A stretch of 64,000 nucleotides of DNA from Seison nebaliae (Eukaryota): assembly GCA_023231475.1 (NCBI GenBank), contig JALJEE010001331.1:1-64000 (forward strand), written 5' to 3'. A program made the translations under genes and the position numbers. Position 1 is the stretch's first letter. Every line of letters begins with the position of its first letter. Shown here in pieces: positions 23,582-39,400 of this stretch. Below the pieces are notes generated by a model. The model worked only from the letters and a program-made list of their open reading frames with translations. It searched no databases and was not told the DNA's origin.

Positions 23582-26500
23582 TTAATGATTTTAGAAAATT
23601 TTTATAATTCAATAATTTCAATTTTCATTTGCAAATTTTCATTCATTCAAAATGCTCTTCTGATTTCTCTTATTGTGAAGTTCAATTTCCTTTTTTTTCA
23701 GTGAGAGAAATTATATAAAATCTGATTAGAGGATATAATAATGATGATGTAAATGAAGATGAGAAGAATGGAAAAGAAATGATTTGAACTGAATAAAGAT
23801 GGAGCTTGATTGAATTAAATGAAAACGAAGAAGAAGTTGAAGAAGTAGAAAAATATAAGTTATCTAATTCTTAAAGTAATAACTCATCATTGCTTATATA
23901 AGACAATGATCTAATTACATAATGTTTTTGTTTTCATCTGTAATAAATAATCATAAGACGTACAGGTCTCACAATAATAATAATAATTATAATGAGAACA
24001 ATAATAATGATGAGATGATGAGTAATTTATCATATTTTCATATCGAAACGATTCTATGAAAATATGTGAGATAATAAGTGGAGGAATTGTGCACAAAAAT
24101 GGAAGAAATGGAAAATTAAATATATAAAATAATTGCTAAGAATAAGAAAATGATGAATTGACGTTAAAGAATAGACGATCTTATAAAATAGTTGTTGAAA
24201 ACGAACGAATGGTAGCAGAAGGCACTCCAAAATTTCATTTGATGAGTGCCGCTAGAATGGACGATATCCACTTCCTCTATTTGAACAATCAATTAATTGA
24301 CAATTTATATACTTATTGTCCCCAATCGATCTCATACATAATATCAATCATTCACATATTGGTTTGATGTTTCATGCATCGTCTCAAAATAATAAATTAA
24401 TATTTAAAATAATCTTTTATTGAAAATTTATTCTAAATAAGAATCTTTAACTTTTTAAGAACTTAAACGAGTTCTTAAGAAAAATTCCAAGAAATATTTT
24501 ATAGCTACGAACGCCTATTTGATAAGAGAAACAATAATTAATCGTTGGTCAGTTATTGTAAAGTTGTGCTGGTTTGATGTATAGAAGTTTCTCATATTCA
24601 TAGGAACAGGAAACGGATATCCGTCAATCATCTCGTTTGTGATCGGTTCAAGTATCGATGACTAAAATCTTGAGTTTGTTTAACTATTCTCACCTTCTAA
24701 GACACTAATGGCCATCTGGTGGAAATCGTGACAAAACAGTGCATGAAAGAAAGAAGAAAAGTGGAGTATTCTCCATTGTTTTCTTTACTATTGGAAATAT
24801 CTATTGTAGAAAATTGTCGAGGGAGACTCGTAAGGCTTTGTGAAATATTTAAAGTCAATGTTCAACAATGAAAGTGATTTGAGCCATCTGAAACGAACGG
24901 AAATTCGTAAAGAAATATTGACGAGCTACTTCGTCACGATCCGATTCAAATTATTTACATCGTCAACGTAAATGTTGAGGAAACACTGTTGAAATAAGAT
25001 AAGTGAAGTTCTTTCAATCGCGTTTCCGTCATTAGTAGTAACCGAATCAAAGAAAGAGACGACAACAAACAATGAGACGTATGGGAGAAGAAGAATTAAA
25101 ATCGAAATGTCAAACTATATCAAATAGCTCCAAATTGTCGATATTGGATATATGTAAGAAATGCAATTTCCTGTAACAATCAATGAGAAGATTGGTCAAT
25201 TAGAGAATAGGAGAAGAAGATATTATTCCTCAATAATCGAGGAATTGAAGACGATTCCTTTAACAATTCAGATAATAATAATCGAGAGAAATAATGGTGA
25301 AGAAATATAAAAGAAACAGTTTTTAATTGAATCTCTCAAGTGACCATTGGTCACTCATAAACGAGTTTTCTATCATGGTTTCTAATTAATAATTTTCTCA
25401 TTTATAATTGACATCAATCGACATTTGAAATACCTTACCAATTACATTCTTATTGAATGACAAATTATTATTCCTTGCAAATTCTCTGCACTTACCACAA
25501 TTCCCCCTCTTATCACTTTCTTTTCGTTGCTGGATCTTTTCGTCTTAAAATATTATTAAACAAAATTATATGACATATCACATAATAGTAGTCGGTTATA
25601 CCTCACAATTCTATTATTGATTGAAAACGTACAATATCCGATTTCACTATATTGTCATAAAAACTCTGAATGGAATTTGAGAAAAAATCGATAATTGTTA
25701 ATTGTATTGATTATTGACTATTCTTACATAAGAATGAATGATTTAATGGAATACCTAATATTTACTAATAATACTTACCGGAATTTTGTACATGTATCGC
25801 GGATTAAATACGTGATCAATTTAGAGTCAAGTACCGATTATTAGCAACCGATAATTATGATACATGAAAACACAGAACAAAGTAGAAATGCAACATAATT
25901 GTATATATTATTGTGAAAGTTGTTCTTGCCTTTAACATCGAAATAAGGTAATACAATACACGAAAATCAGTTATTACGTATAATTAACTATTTGAACATT
26001 CATTACTTTAAATTTCCTGGTTTATTTATTTCTTGACAAAATTTCATTCAATTTCCTATCTCAGATATTCTTATCTCATTGTTTAATGTGCATTATAATT
26101 AAAATGTTAGATTGTATTGAATTGATATTAAATGACAATATTTTCTTCATAAAAAGCATTATTGATCGATAATTTACTGATAATTCTCTTTCAATATATT
26201 TTCCAATAAAAATCAAAATTCTATACAACTTTTCCTATTCAAATATAACTCATCGGAAGTTATTGGTTTTCGTCAATAAAAAAATTGATTTATTGTTCGG
26301 AAATGCCTCAAAAATAAAGGAAGAGAAAGAAGATTTTCTCATTGAAATAATTTTTCAATTCAACGGATTTATGACCATAGTTCATAATGATATGTCATAG
26401 AATCGAAGTAAATGATGTGGGTAAGAAAATTCTTTTGCCTTCGCGCGACCAGGAGAACAATGAAAACTTATTAATTCTAATTTAGGTGACGATCGAACTA

Positions 26501-29500
26501 ACTAACGAACTAAAAATTGAAAATACTTATCTGAAAAAATATACCATAGAAAAGCTAGTTTTACTTACTTTCATAATAAAGCACAACATCCTCGACAGCT
26601 ATTATGGGGGAAAAGTGTTAAATATTATTTCAATCTGAATATACAATCAGGGGAAATATGTTTGATGCATTGATATCATGAAACGTTGGTAAAAGGAGAA
26701 GAATGCATTGACACCTTGTAAGGGGGGAAGACAATGATAATAAGTTGAACAATCATATTGTGAGACTTATGAACAGGCGTGTTAGGAAACACTGGTGAAC
26801 TCTGACACATATTGAACGAGATACACATCATTCAAAAAATCACTGACATTTAGTTGAAAAAAATAGAAGATAAAGAAGGATATATTTTTTTAGATTGAAC
26901 ATAAAAGGAACTGATATGAGAATAATGTGTGATTATTTATTGATAATTCATAACTGGATCTCTTAAAATGAACGAATATTATATATACATATATTTCAAT
27001 TATTTGCCATCCAATATTTAATTGAAACTGTACTTATGTAATGTTTGTTATGTCCTAGATCGCACATCATGAAAATAAGCAGAATTTCAGTTATCGGATT
27101 ATTCTCTCCATGTTCATCTCTTCTTCACAGAAAATGATCCGATAAGAAGAAAGTTTCGTCTTAAAACTTCCAAGTTGCCACGTAACAAAAAACCTAATCA
27201 ATATTGAACCGGTTTTGATGATGAGCTCAGGCGGAAATGAATTAACACGTTAAGTTGTCCGAGGCCAATGTCGATTGTGATGTATTGTGAGAAGTAGCGA
27301 ATAAAAGGATTACATAGATTGAACAAAGATTTAGTTTATCCAAATCAAAAAATATAGTGGAAATATTTCTTTCTTTCTTTTTGTGTTCTATTACAATCCA
27401 CATTTCGTTCACGATCAAAAATTTATTCATTCGACGAACAGAATTCTTCTAGGACAAGATTGGCACCTTGAAACGATTCATATTCATTTGAATATAGCCG
27501 TTTATTTTCTGATTTTTTTATGAATTTTCGTCTTTCAGTGAAAGAATAATTTGAGGAATGATGAATGTGAAGAAAAAAATGTTTGAGATGTCGCTATTTG
27601 GAGAAGATACTCTATAATTAAAATAGTCATAGCATGGTAGAGTAAAACAGAATAACGCATTACTCAGAATATTCGAAGATGAAACACCTAAAATTGGACT
27701 AACATTTGATAAACGAAATTCACGTTAGGTTCATTATCATTTTTTACAACATTTCCATTTATCGATTATTATTGTAGATATACATCTTCAATTTTTATTT
27801 GTCTTTGAGGTTTTTCACATACCATCGGAGGTAAATGGGATATATTTTTACGATTATGAGTCGATGATACAACGAAATATATACATGTACACAAATAGAA
27901 TATATATATATATAAATGCGATCAGTTACTAACAGAAAAGAAATGGAAGAAAATAGATCTTTGTGTGTATGTGCGAGAGACTGATGAATGGTGAACGGGG
28001 TCAATGAAAGTTTTCAAGTGAGAAATGTGATGATGAGAACGAGTTAAGTGGCTCGAATTGAATGAAACATGAAATCGATTCATTACTTCACTACCTAATC
28101 GCTTCACACGTTTTACTTTTATCGCATTGATGACCATTGGCAATGTTTAAGAGACGTAAAGCACACACTCAATGATTAAGACGAGGCATTTTATGCAACA
28201 CGATTACATGCCCGATATTAAACAATTTAGAACGAGGTCATTATAAACTCACGTTACAAGATCGCATCAGGCGAAATAATAATTCATAATGAAATTTCAA
28301 TTTAATTTGAAAGTTGCTAACATCACCTTTACTTCATTCAGTTTTTTCAATCCGTTTCATCTATCTGAAAATTTGGTGGCCAAAAAACAAAAGGAAAATA
28401 AATAACACAACCCTCTTAATTCTTATGAAGTAAAAAAAAGCAATTTTGCATAAATGAAACTTTAACTTGTCGACGATACAATTATAAATCCATCACTACC
28501 TGACATATTATCTAACACAATAGAACTATACAGAATTTGATTGACTTTCGGTGATGAAGTTTCTTCCTAATTTTTTATTTCTATCAATTGTTCAGTGGAT
28601 ATCTTTTGTCAGATTAGGTAAGTTACTAATTTCGGATTTTTATATAAGACGAATATAAGATTGATTTTTAATGATTACACCAACTCATCCCAATTGCTTG
28701 ACTTTACTAAACAATCATAAAATGGTTCAAATGAATAAAAAGGGGAAAAATCTCAAATTTAAAACAAATCGAAAGAGTATCTGATTTATTCTTACTCTCA
28801 AAGAGTTTCTTATTTACTTTTTTTTGTAAAAAAGCAAAAATTGCATTAAACTTTAAATGCATTAATTATAATTAGGATGATTATTACGATTATATGCATA
28901 AACAAAAAATTCAGATAAATTCACAACATAAGTGACCAACAAATAGTCATGAAATTAAGATGATGATGATAATTATTATACGATAGAAGACTTACAAAGA
29001 ATATTTCAAATAATATCAGATATGATCGATTAATCGGAAAGCAAGACTTAATTCATAATTGACGTAATATTTCATAGGAATCATAATAGTTTGCAATTAT
29101 ATTTTAAAAATAATTAAATTGTCAAAATGAATAAAGAAAAAAAATAAAATTAAAAAAGTACAACATACGATACAATCGATAGTGAGGTCAATCTAGACAG
29201 GTGTATAATATAGGATCAGGAAAAACATCAACGAGTGTCTAGCAAGAATGAATGAAAATAAGAGAAATTCGCTTCCGGTTCATAGAAGTTGTGATGGTGG
29301 AAGGAAAGCTTCCTAAAACATCTTGTTCCTAATACCTCTTTTGAAGATGACTAGAAATTCTGTTTATTTTCCAGTTTCCACTTGATTAATACAATTAAAC
29401 AGGAAATACCTCATCGGCCACTGCGGGATCTTTTCAAGAAAGAGATAGTAAAAAGAGATTTATGTTTCCAATACGAAATTTTTGTACAAAGAGAAATTTT

Positions 29501-32500
29501 AGTCATATTTTTTCCAGAATGAAAGTTTTTTTTGAAAAGATAAAATAAATTGGATTCCAATTTTGGTTGATAGTAATGTTGATGTATTCTCTAGACATTT
29601 GTCATTCAATTTCTTTCTTTTATCAATGTTACTATTGATATCGATGTTAATCACATTTTCTCCTAACACTCTTCAATGGGAATGTGATTCCATATTTCTT
29701 CCATCGAGAATAATGATTGTCTCCTTATCGAATTACAATGATAACAATAGTGGGAAATGAAATTTATTCAGATTGGATGCTCATCATGATTCTTTATCTG
29801 TTATTAAATCTCATTCCTTTCTAAACAACTCAAGAGTGGTGAAAGAGGAAGTGAATTACTTTACAAATAATGTTCCTTCCCGAAATAATTGTCCCAGAAT
29901 GTTAATCAAAATTCATCTAATTCATTAATCAATGATACATCAGAAGATGTCGAATATCTCGTTGGATATTTGAGAAGAAGAAGAAGAACTGATATCTTTC
30001 CTACTACCGATATCCTTTTCGTACTACCGATATTTTTGTTTCAGTGGAAATAGGAACAATAAATTGATGACATTATCTAATGAAACTTCTTAAAAAATAC
30101 GAAATTGTTGTAAAACAAAACTAAAGAAGAATATGGAGACACAGGAGAAAAATTTCTTTCGTTCATCCTAAACAGAAATGGATAATAAAACAATTTGTCA
30201 CGATATTTATATCATGTCACTTTATCATTACTCTTGATAACGTAACTATTACAATGTGTTAGAGTTCGTATTACCGTTGTTGTTGTTGTTGGGAACAAAA
30301 TTGAAGTTAGATGTGAACGAAAGTAATAAAAGAATCGAAATACTCTAACCATATTCTCTACAACACCAATTGATTGCCACCTACACAAATATTGACCGAT
30401 TATCAATAGATGGGAATAAAATGATCATTCCCATCATCCGTTATCTTAATTGAAACGATATCCCTATTAATCGATATAAATACATACCTCATCGACAATT
30501 TTATTAATTTTAATGAATATCCAAAAAAAACATTATCTACTCAAACACAATAACATAATGGAATGGAATCACCAAATGAACCTCAATTTCTAAACAAAGA
30601 AATAAATAAATGGAAAATTGTTTTAAAAATAGAAAAAAATGTTCAATCTACTACATTTAGATTATAAACAACGTCATTTCAGACGAGGGATTAAGATATT
30701 TAACTAAAAATTAGAAACTTAAATTTTTTTAGAATTTATTGTTTGTATCGAATTGTTATCGAATAAATGAAATATTAAAAATGTCGTTAAAAAATAAAAG
30801 AATTATTATTAGTTGGAATGATGTCATAGTTATTATTTAAAGATAATTTCATGGTATATTTGGCAACTATTAAGTGTTGAAAGAGAAATGAATGAAATGT
30901 GCGAAATTACCGCTGAAACTTTCCGTACACCTGATAATATAATTACTATATCATATTAGATGATGTCTGTGGACAAGTTATTAGTACGAGAACGATGTTA
31001 CTCATTAGATATTCAACCAATTACACAACAACAAATTTCACAAAAATTTTCTACCATTTTCTCGGATACATAAACACAGAGAATTAGAACGTAAAATTTA
31101 AATATACGTCTATGACCATAAAATCATCGGTAGTTAGATAATTAGGAATTGGAAACTGAATGGAAGCAACGTTTCATGTCACATGTCTATTACATAATCA
31201 TTCAAATTTATTTCTGTAGAAAGAATTAATTCTTTTTTCGAACGATTATTGTTAACTGCCGAAACTGATGCGACAACTGCTGACCATAATAAATGAGTTG
31301 AAAATGAATTGTTCATTCCGATCACACATAAGGAACTTTAAGAAAAATGAAAAATAACTCGGAGAATTGCATTGACGAGAAATTTGCCAAATTCTTATTC
31401 CCATCAATTTTCATGGTGCGAGTTGTTAAACTCAAAGAATTCTCTTTAAATCCTTCTCAAACTACTGCAACATTAATGGTGAATTAACACAGGATAAAAA
31501 TGAAGTACTTATATTATTTCGATGAATTTCTTCCACAAAGTTGACGTGAGAAAATAATAAGAATTTATCTTAAGAAATTTTCTTTTGTCAATATAGATCT
31601 ATCTATCTATCTATCTATGAAAAGAAGGAATGAAGCATTAGATGAACATCGTAAATATGTCAGTTGTTTAGAGCCACAATCATCTCGCCAGCTGAGACGA
31701 CAGTGACGAGATTAATCGAAGTTCAATGGCTTCTATTCTATTTGAAAAAATTCTACTTTCAAGATTCTGTTGTTCTTGGAAGAATAAAAATTTCTTCTGT
31801 TAATCTGGATTTCATCAAAAAAATCGATTATTCAATTATAATTGTTTCATCAAATTTAAGGAAAATTAAATAAATGAGAGTTGAAAATTAATACTTGATA
31901 AATGTTTGATAATGTTATCAGAAAGTGAACGAAAATGAGAATTGTTAAAGTAAAAAAAGAACCGGAATATAATTCTACCATTCATTAGGCAGATGAATTG
32001 ATAAGGTGAATAAATATTGAAGATATAACTGATGAATATATTATTATTGATGTGTAAGAGAATGGAAGGAAGAGAATTTTATTCTTCGTTTATTGACAAG
32101 AATTCTTGATAATAATAGTTATAGTAGTTGAGAAAAGTTTATAATATTTTCTTGCTTTTCCCTCATCGAATTGTTTCAACGTTTACTCTATTTCTTTTTA
32201 TATTTCTGCTTCAATTTCCGCCCCACAACCACAACAAACGTTCCGTTTAATATCGAAAAAAATTTACGACAAATATCAACACAATCATATGTGAAACAAT
32301 GTCAATCTTTTTTTTTCTTCACCATCAAAAACTTCGCAGATGTACCATTTAGACCAATCGACAATAAAATGTTACAAATAGTTATGTCTCTACAGATCAT
32401 AACTGTTCCTTCATAATGATAATAAGGAAATCGATATGCCTCCAACTCGATCGGTATCAAAAAAAATCACAACGACTATCCTCCCTCACCAAATCATAAT

Positions 32501-32851
32501 ATTCTTCTATGGACTTTCTTGATTGATTTGGTGAGAAGAAGTAGAAAGAAGTTCAAGAAAGGAAATCTAAAGAATTCGATCGTTAAATATCATTTCTTTT
32601 TCAAATGGAAAAAAAACTGTTCAATTAACAATCGCCTCAACTAATATCAAATCGAAAGAATTTCTTCTATTAATGCATTCTTTCTTTTTCCGACGAACAA
32701 CATTCTCACTAACAACTATTTTCCTTATAGCCATCTTTAACTAATTAGTTGCAATCAATTCAACCTTTTGACTTCTATCCACCAAGAAAAAATCCTAATT
32801 TTTTTATAGTTAAACTACCATCACTAATTTCGAAAATAGTGTGAATTTTTT

Positions 32852-33644
32852 TTATTGAATATGAAATTGATTAGATGATTCTTCTTTCGTTTTATGATCA
32901 GCGGGATTTGCTCTCATTTCATAATTCGTAATAACAACTCCTTCTTGCTTCCCCTGCAAAAGATGATAAATGAGAACATTTGAATTATCCAAAGAACGAA
33001 CTTGAAGAAAATCGCCTTTAAGTCCAATATAATAAACTTTTGTAGTTGTATCGTCATCACCAGAATTGTTTGATGGAATGAATAATGTCAATGAATAAAC
33101 ATTATTAAATTTCGTCACTCTGTGAGAGAAAGAATGAGAATAATAATTAAAAGAATTAAGAACTTCAATGGATATTCGAGAACGCCATTCTCATCATATT
33201 GCAAATCGAATTTCTGTTCACACTTCTTTGATTTAATGGCATCGAACGACAGTTGTGAATCGTTCACATTTTTAAACAATTCAACACAATCCGGATGTTC
33301 ATCACCTGGTGGTGCCATAATAATGATCGACTTCACTTTCACTAATCCGTTGAAGACGATATGAATCAACAATTCGCTATCACAATCACTTTCCACAAAC
33401 TTCCATCATCTCTCAATAATTATCATAAGAGGAAAAATCAAACTTTCGTTCTATCCATTCTCTCAGCATATGATCGAAAGAGATTCAGACAAGAATTATC
33501 AATTTTTTCATTGAAACATTTCGTTTGAAGATTATCAATTTTCTTGTAGAGAGAATATGCATTTTCCATCTCCTCTTTTGTCGTATGATCCAATTCATTA
33601 TGGTCATGATGACAACCACCATGATGATGATGGGGATGACTCAT
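32852..33644 (-). CDS. PITHD1: PITH domain-containing protein 1 (4 exons)
   Basis: Motifs MSHPHHHHGGCHH, YSLYKKID..CFNE, FVESDCDSELLIHIVFNGLVKVKSIII, LEYPLKVTKFNNV, TKVYYIGLKG and NYEMRANPADH. Introns are 33400-33443, 33120-33163 and 32954-33001. Confidence 0.93.
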
Positions 33645-33879
33645 TATCACAAAAATATTAAATAAATCCTCTGCCTTTATGGGATCATAAATTTTCGAAG
33701 AAATTGAAAAAATCACATAAATGGAAATTTCATGAAATTGAAATATTCATCCAGAATTATTTTCAAATAAATCTTATTAAATTAAAAATTTGAAAAAATT
33801 TAAAAATTTACATTTCTATTTGTGGCTTCGTCTCGGAAAAGTATTTTCAATTTTCCGAAAGATAATTCATAATAACTCA

Positions 33880-36419
33880 ATGGATTTTGAAATAGTTACC
33901 TTTTATTTTCTTCTATTTTCAAGAATGATATTGTAAAATCAAAAGATCAATCTTTCTAATTCTTTAGATTTTCCTTCTTACATCTTACAAGATGGAAATG
34001 TGACAATTCTATTTGAATGTCCATTAATTCCAATACCGAAAGAAAAGTTTCTCTTAATCATTTCTTCTTAATCAATCATTTAATCAGTTGTTCTTATGAT
34101 ACGAATGAAAGTCAACCGACTTGGTTCGATTATGCCACACCAAATGTTTGTCAATTTCAAACACTTCTCCTATATTTCCCATTTGTTTTCAGTTCAATTT
34201 AATCGATGTTAGTCTCATCGATGTAGTTCTATTAACGAATGTCAATTCAATGTTGGCATTACCATTTTTGATGAATGATAATGGATTTAATGGAAGAATC
34301 TTTTGCACTGAACCTGTCTTTCGAATTGGAAAGTTCACCATTCATTAACTTTCCAATACCTTCAATTCCTTTTTAGAAACACTTTATTCAATTTTAGTAA
34401 ATGGTTACATTCCAAACCTGTCATCAGATTAATCGATCGAGGGAAATATCAAACGTTATTTCTTTTATCATTTCTTATTTCAACAATAAGGTCATATAGT
34501 TCTCAGAATTGTAATAAGGAGTATTATAATAGACGAATAATTTCCAAATGTTTATCAAAAATTGACCAAATTTATTTCAAACAATTAATTGTTGGTTGAT
34601 TTAATTGAAATTGGGAAGACTTTATTGGAAGCTTTTCTAATTAGCATCTGAACGATTATATTTGTCTCGAAGCCGTTTCCTCTGGATATTCATTAGGATC
34701 ATGTAACTGGCTCGTTTATGTTGGAACGGAATTGTTAGATTCAACAAAATTGAATTTCCTCGAAGCAACTTATCCATTTCGACGACCAATTAAATTCTCT
34801 TATATCTCTCATTCTGCCGCAGTTCCTGACAATTTTATTTCAGTTAGAATCTCCATTCTTTCAAACATTGTAATGACTTAATAATTAAAAAAGACTTTTG
34901 ACGATTCAGTTTTCAATAATGTCAATTATACGTTATTGGGATCCGGTACGAAATCTATCGAATGTTTGTCCATTGATGAAGTTTCAAATATTATTGAAAA
35001 GAAAATTAGTTAAATATTTTGTTGATTCGATAATTAATTTTGAAAATTCGATTTTTTTCTAGGAAGTTGCGTTGATATGCAAACAAATATTTTAATACCA
35101 ACTCATCTATTTGCGACAACTTTACTGATTTTGGAGAATTTGTATAGAATTTTCCTGAACGATATAAAAAATAATGATTTTGGAAATATTCCTCCAATCT
35201 ATCTCATCGGAGAGAATATACATTCTGACTTATGTTATGCCACTATCATGTCAGAATGGTTATCATCACGAATGCAAGACATCGCATTCCTTCCAGAAAT
35301 CCCATTCACATTCGAAACTTTGAAGAATTTATCGATTTTGAAAATTTTTAAGTCGATTGATTCTGATGATTTCCGCACATCATTTAAATCTCCTTGTATT
35401 ATTCTGACTGGTAATTCCACATATTTTTGTGGAGAATTATTAGAAGTAATCAAATTATGGGGCAAGTCAAAAAATAATCATGTAATTCTTACCGATCCCA
35501 TTAATTATAATGAATATATGGAAAGTGGATGGAAACAATCGAATTTGTCGGTTTCTTATATACCAATTGAAACACGTTTAACTTGCAAACAAATCTTTCA
35601 ACGGACCAATGCGTCATTAATTTTTGGTTGTTCGTCTCTAAAGGACGAGTGGCGATCGATCGAATCAAAATTGGAAAATAAATCATTTTATGTTATCGAT
35701 CAAAACGATCATTTTCATTTTCCCATTAATCAAAAGTACGAAATCGTACTCATCGATAAACAGGTTTATATTTTAAAATAATTAAATTTTTATTATATAA
35801 TTTCTCGTAATTAGTTAATTAATAATTGTAGAATGAAATTATTAAGAAATAATTCGACAGAGAAATCGAATTCTATCGTATATTATGGATTGTTGAAGAA
35901 CGTTAAATTATCTAATCGTTGTATTACTCCGGTTAGAACTTTGGACAATCAAATTCATTAATATTTTATTGAAATTTCATGAAAATTTTAAATTAATTTT
36001 TATAGACAACATCTGATGTTGGAGAAGAAACATTAAAAGATTTGGTGAAACGAAAATTTTTTGGAACAATCAACATTTCGATATTGATCTGGAAATTTTT
36101 AAAAGTTTTTTTTTCTTAAAGTTAAAACAGAAATTTAATGAAAGTTACAAATCAGGCGAATTATGAACCAGAAATAAAGAAAGTTACAGATTATCGAGAA
36201 TTCATCTTGTGCATCGTTAACTTTTTCTGGAGAATGTTCATGTTTAATTTTATTTTCCAGAATGACGGTTTAGCGACATGTGAAATTAATATGGTGGAAA
36301 AGGAAGGGAAGTCAATCAAATGGAAAAGTAAAATAAATTTTGGGAAGAATTGTAAAGGAATGGATCGGAAAGCAGTTAGTTCCATCTGTCTGACATGTCT
36401 GACTTCCTTCCACATATAA
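33880..36419 (+). CDS. INTS9: Integrator complex subunit 9 (MBL/beta-CASP fold), about 13 exons
   Basis: The spliced product contains LIDVSLIDVVLLTN..MLALPF..GFNGRIFCTEP..IG, CLSKI, SSGYSLGSCNW, NILIP, IMSEWLS..Q..FLPEIPF, F..PCIILTG and LWGKSKNNHVILTDP, matching INTS9. About 12 short GTT..AG introns. Confidence 0.88.
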
Positions 36420-36437
36420 ATTAAATGAGAAGAAATT

Positions 36438-39400
36438 CTATTTCTCTGTTTGGGGAACTGCCAAACAATTGTCTATCAATGACTGTTGCATCAATATGAA
36501 TTGAGATCTTTCCATTAAATCCGATTTCTTTACGAGTTCGGGCGATGACGAATTGTTAATAGATGAAATATCTTTTAACAAATTATCAGCATCCTTAAAT
36601 AAAAAATCATCATCAATATCATCCAGAATTGAGTCGTTTGAACTTTTATCACTTCCGTTATTTTGTTCTTTCGGTGTAACGGACGACAAATCAGTTTGTT
36701 TCGAATTGTATTTCAAATTTGTTTCATCAAAACTATTCATATTTTTTTCGACATCCACTTCCGTACTCTGATATCTAGGAGAAGAGGAGAAGTTATTGAA
36801 ATCCTTTGAAAAATAATTGATATTGTTATTCGTTTTTTTATAAGGTGTGTTAATATCAATATTATGATTGTTTTGATGATAATTATGTTTGTTGGAATCT
36901 TGAGATGGTCCTTTACTAGAATATTCCGTCATATTATTTACAATTAATTTATTGGATGATGCAGAAATAATAGTTTGTTTCATATGAGGATCATTTGGAG
37001 GAACGGGTTTATTCTCCATCTTTTTCATAACATTAGATGACATAGAATCGGGAGTTAATGGAATGTAAGGAGATATCATCGGAAATGGTGGTTGAGGCAT
37101 CGGAAATAAATTTCTTTGCATTATTGACATTGGCGGATTTCCAGGATTAGGTGGCGGTCCCGGTCCCATATAAGGGGGAAGCATATATTGATTATTCATT
37201 TGATTCCATTGCATCATATGATTATATTGTTGATGATGATGTTGTTGTTGTTGCTGTTGTTGTTGATAATGCAGTTGGAAATATTGTTGTTGATTTTTCG
37301 GTTGTTGATTATTCAATGTCAATTGATTTCGTTTAGAAGGTTTTAAAATTTTAGATTGATGTGATATTTCTAAATTAGTTTTAACGGGCCAAGTGGCGAA
37401 TCCATTATTCGACATTTGTTGGGATATCGACTTATTTCGATTATAACCAAATTTCATATATTGCGGTGTAGTGGGATGTGAAGGACAATTGGGATATGGT
37501 TGTTGTTGTTGTTGTGGTGATGGTTGTTGAGATGGAATTGGTGATAATTTGGATGGATGAAGAAATGGTTGTTTCATAAACGATTGATTTTGTATTCTAC
37601 TTATTGTTTTCGTTGATTTATTTTTCTCATTAACTTTCGTCGGTTTTTCAATTTCCGTCGTTTTATTCTCTAAATTCTTTTTACTCAATTCTTTCTTTTT
37701 CTGCATTTTCTGATGTTCATTATAATTCGCTAACGTACCAGTAATCGATGCAACTTCTCTTATCAGATCAGCTGATTGTTTATTTCGATTAATCAGCAAT
37801 TTAGAATTCTCTAAATTCGATGATTGACTACAATCACTATCTTTTATTAGAATATCTTTCTTCGATCTTTTTAATGAGGTTGCATCATCTCTCGATAAGT
37901 TACCAGCTAGTTTTGGATTAACTGGGAAGAAAGAGAATTGAAAACGATTCAATTCTGGATGGACAATATAATACATTTTCAATTCATTCATTTTATGTAG
38001 TAAAATCTTCTTAGTAATCCAATACTGAGTGATTGGAACAATTCCAACACTAGCCTCCTCATATAATTGGGAACTTGGTGTAGAAATACAAAAAAAATCG
38101 TTAGTAGTCCTCACAATTTTCATTGTCATATTATCGAATGCATTATCTTTCCTTATGAATGATAAAAGTAATTGTAATTTAATAATTAAATCATGATCGG
38201 ATATAGAAGGATAATTGGCTTCGAAGAACCATTCCTTCTCTTGGGCAATCTGTCGAGCAAACGGTCTAGTTAGCCAATTATAATGAAGTAAAGAATTGAG
38301 TAGACGATTTTGTAGGACTGTTAATCGATAATTGAAAATTACATCAGTTTTCTTATAAACTGTATTTTCGATCGACGAAATTTTTTTCCCTTGTAAATTT
38401 CTTAAAGAATCTTGTTGTAAACAATCTAATAATAAGATATCTAATAAAGCCGTATCATCTTCCGTTAATATCATCGAAATATTCATTTTAATATATTTGA
38501 TGTTACACTTCATAGTTGTTGGTCTTATTCGTTTTATATCAACATTCTCTTTCAAAAGATCATAAGTCTTCTTCTCATTACCTTCCTCGTCTACATTAAT
38601 GAACTGACGGACAGCGATCCATTCTTGTTTCATATATCGATCCCCAATGAAATATTGTGATATGACCGTTTCACTTTTTCGGATTTCATTCACTTCCGCA
38701 CTCGTCCATTTGTAATGACGTCGATGGCGTAATCGGAAAATTGTTGTTTGGTCATACATTTTCACTATGCCGAATTTCCCCATAATAAAATTACATTGCT
38801 AAATTTAAAAAGAAAAAAAGATAGAAAGTTTTCCGATGAATAAAATGAAACTTCTTCGATCATTTTCTTGTTACTACTATCTTCTTGGAATGGCATCGAT
38901 CCAGTCAACATGATGAAAGCGATAACACCACTCGCCCAAATATCGACTTTTCGTGGATCATATGAATGTCCTTTCAATATTTCGGGAGCTGCATATGCCT
39001 TCGAACCACAAAAAGTTCGGCTTAAACTAACCGGTGCCATATCGTCAAAATAAGTTTCACAATTATGACCACTGAAATAAGCATCTTTTATTCTTAGAAA
39101 AAGAATGATATTCTTCTCTTCTGAATCATCCATGTAAGCGATTTCGCGTCTTCGTTTCTCTAAAGCTGAAGTGTTTCGAGAACCATAAATCTCTTTTCTT
39201 AAAAAATCTTTACAATCTTTTGGAATATTAAAAGCATTGCTCGCTTTCTCCAAATAGAGTTGTGTAGCGAAACCGAAATCTGTCAATTTCAAATTTTGTT
39301 TGTCATCAAACAAAATATTCTCACATTTCAAATCGCGATGAGCAATATTATTAGAATGAATGTAATCTAATGCTTCCAACAACTGTTTCATCCATCGTCT

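Noticed and set aside
25771..25935. ATACTTACCGG start resembling U1 snRNA, with a hairpin and CATAATTGT about 124 nt downstream
   Set aside because: The hairpin loop is not the U1-70K loop, and there is no ATTGCAC loop, proper Sm U-tract or terminal stem-loop. A cmsearch with the Rfam U1 model would settle it.
31597..31618. (TCTA)n microsatellite, and TG/TGTC repeats near 40895-40930
   Set aside because: Ordinary simple repeats.
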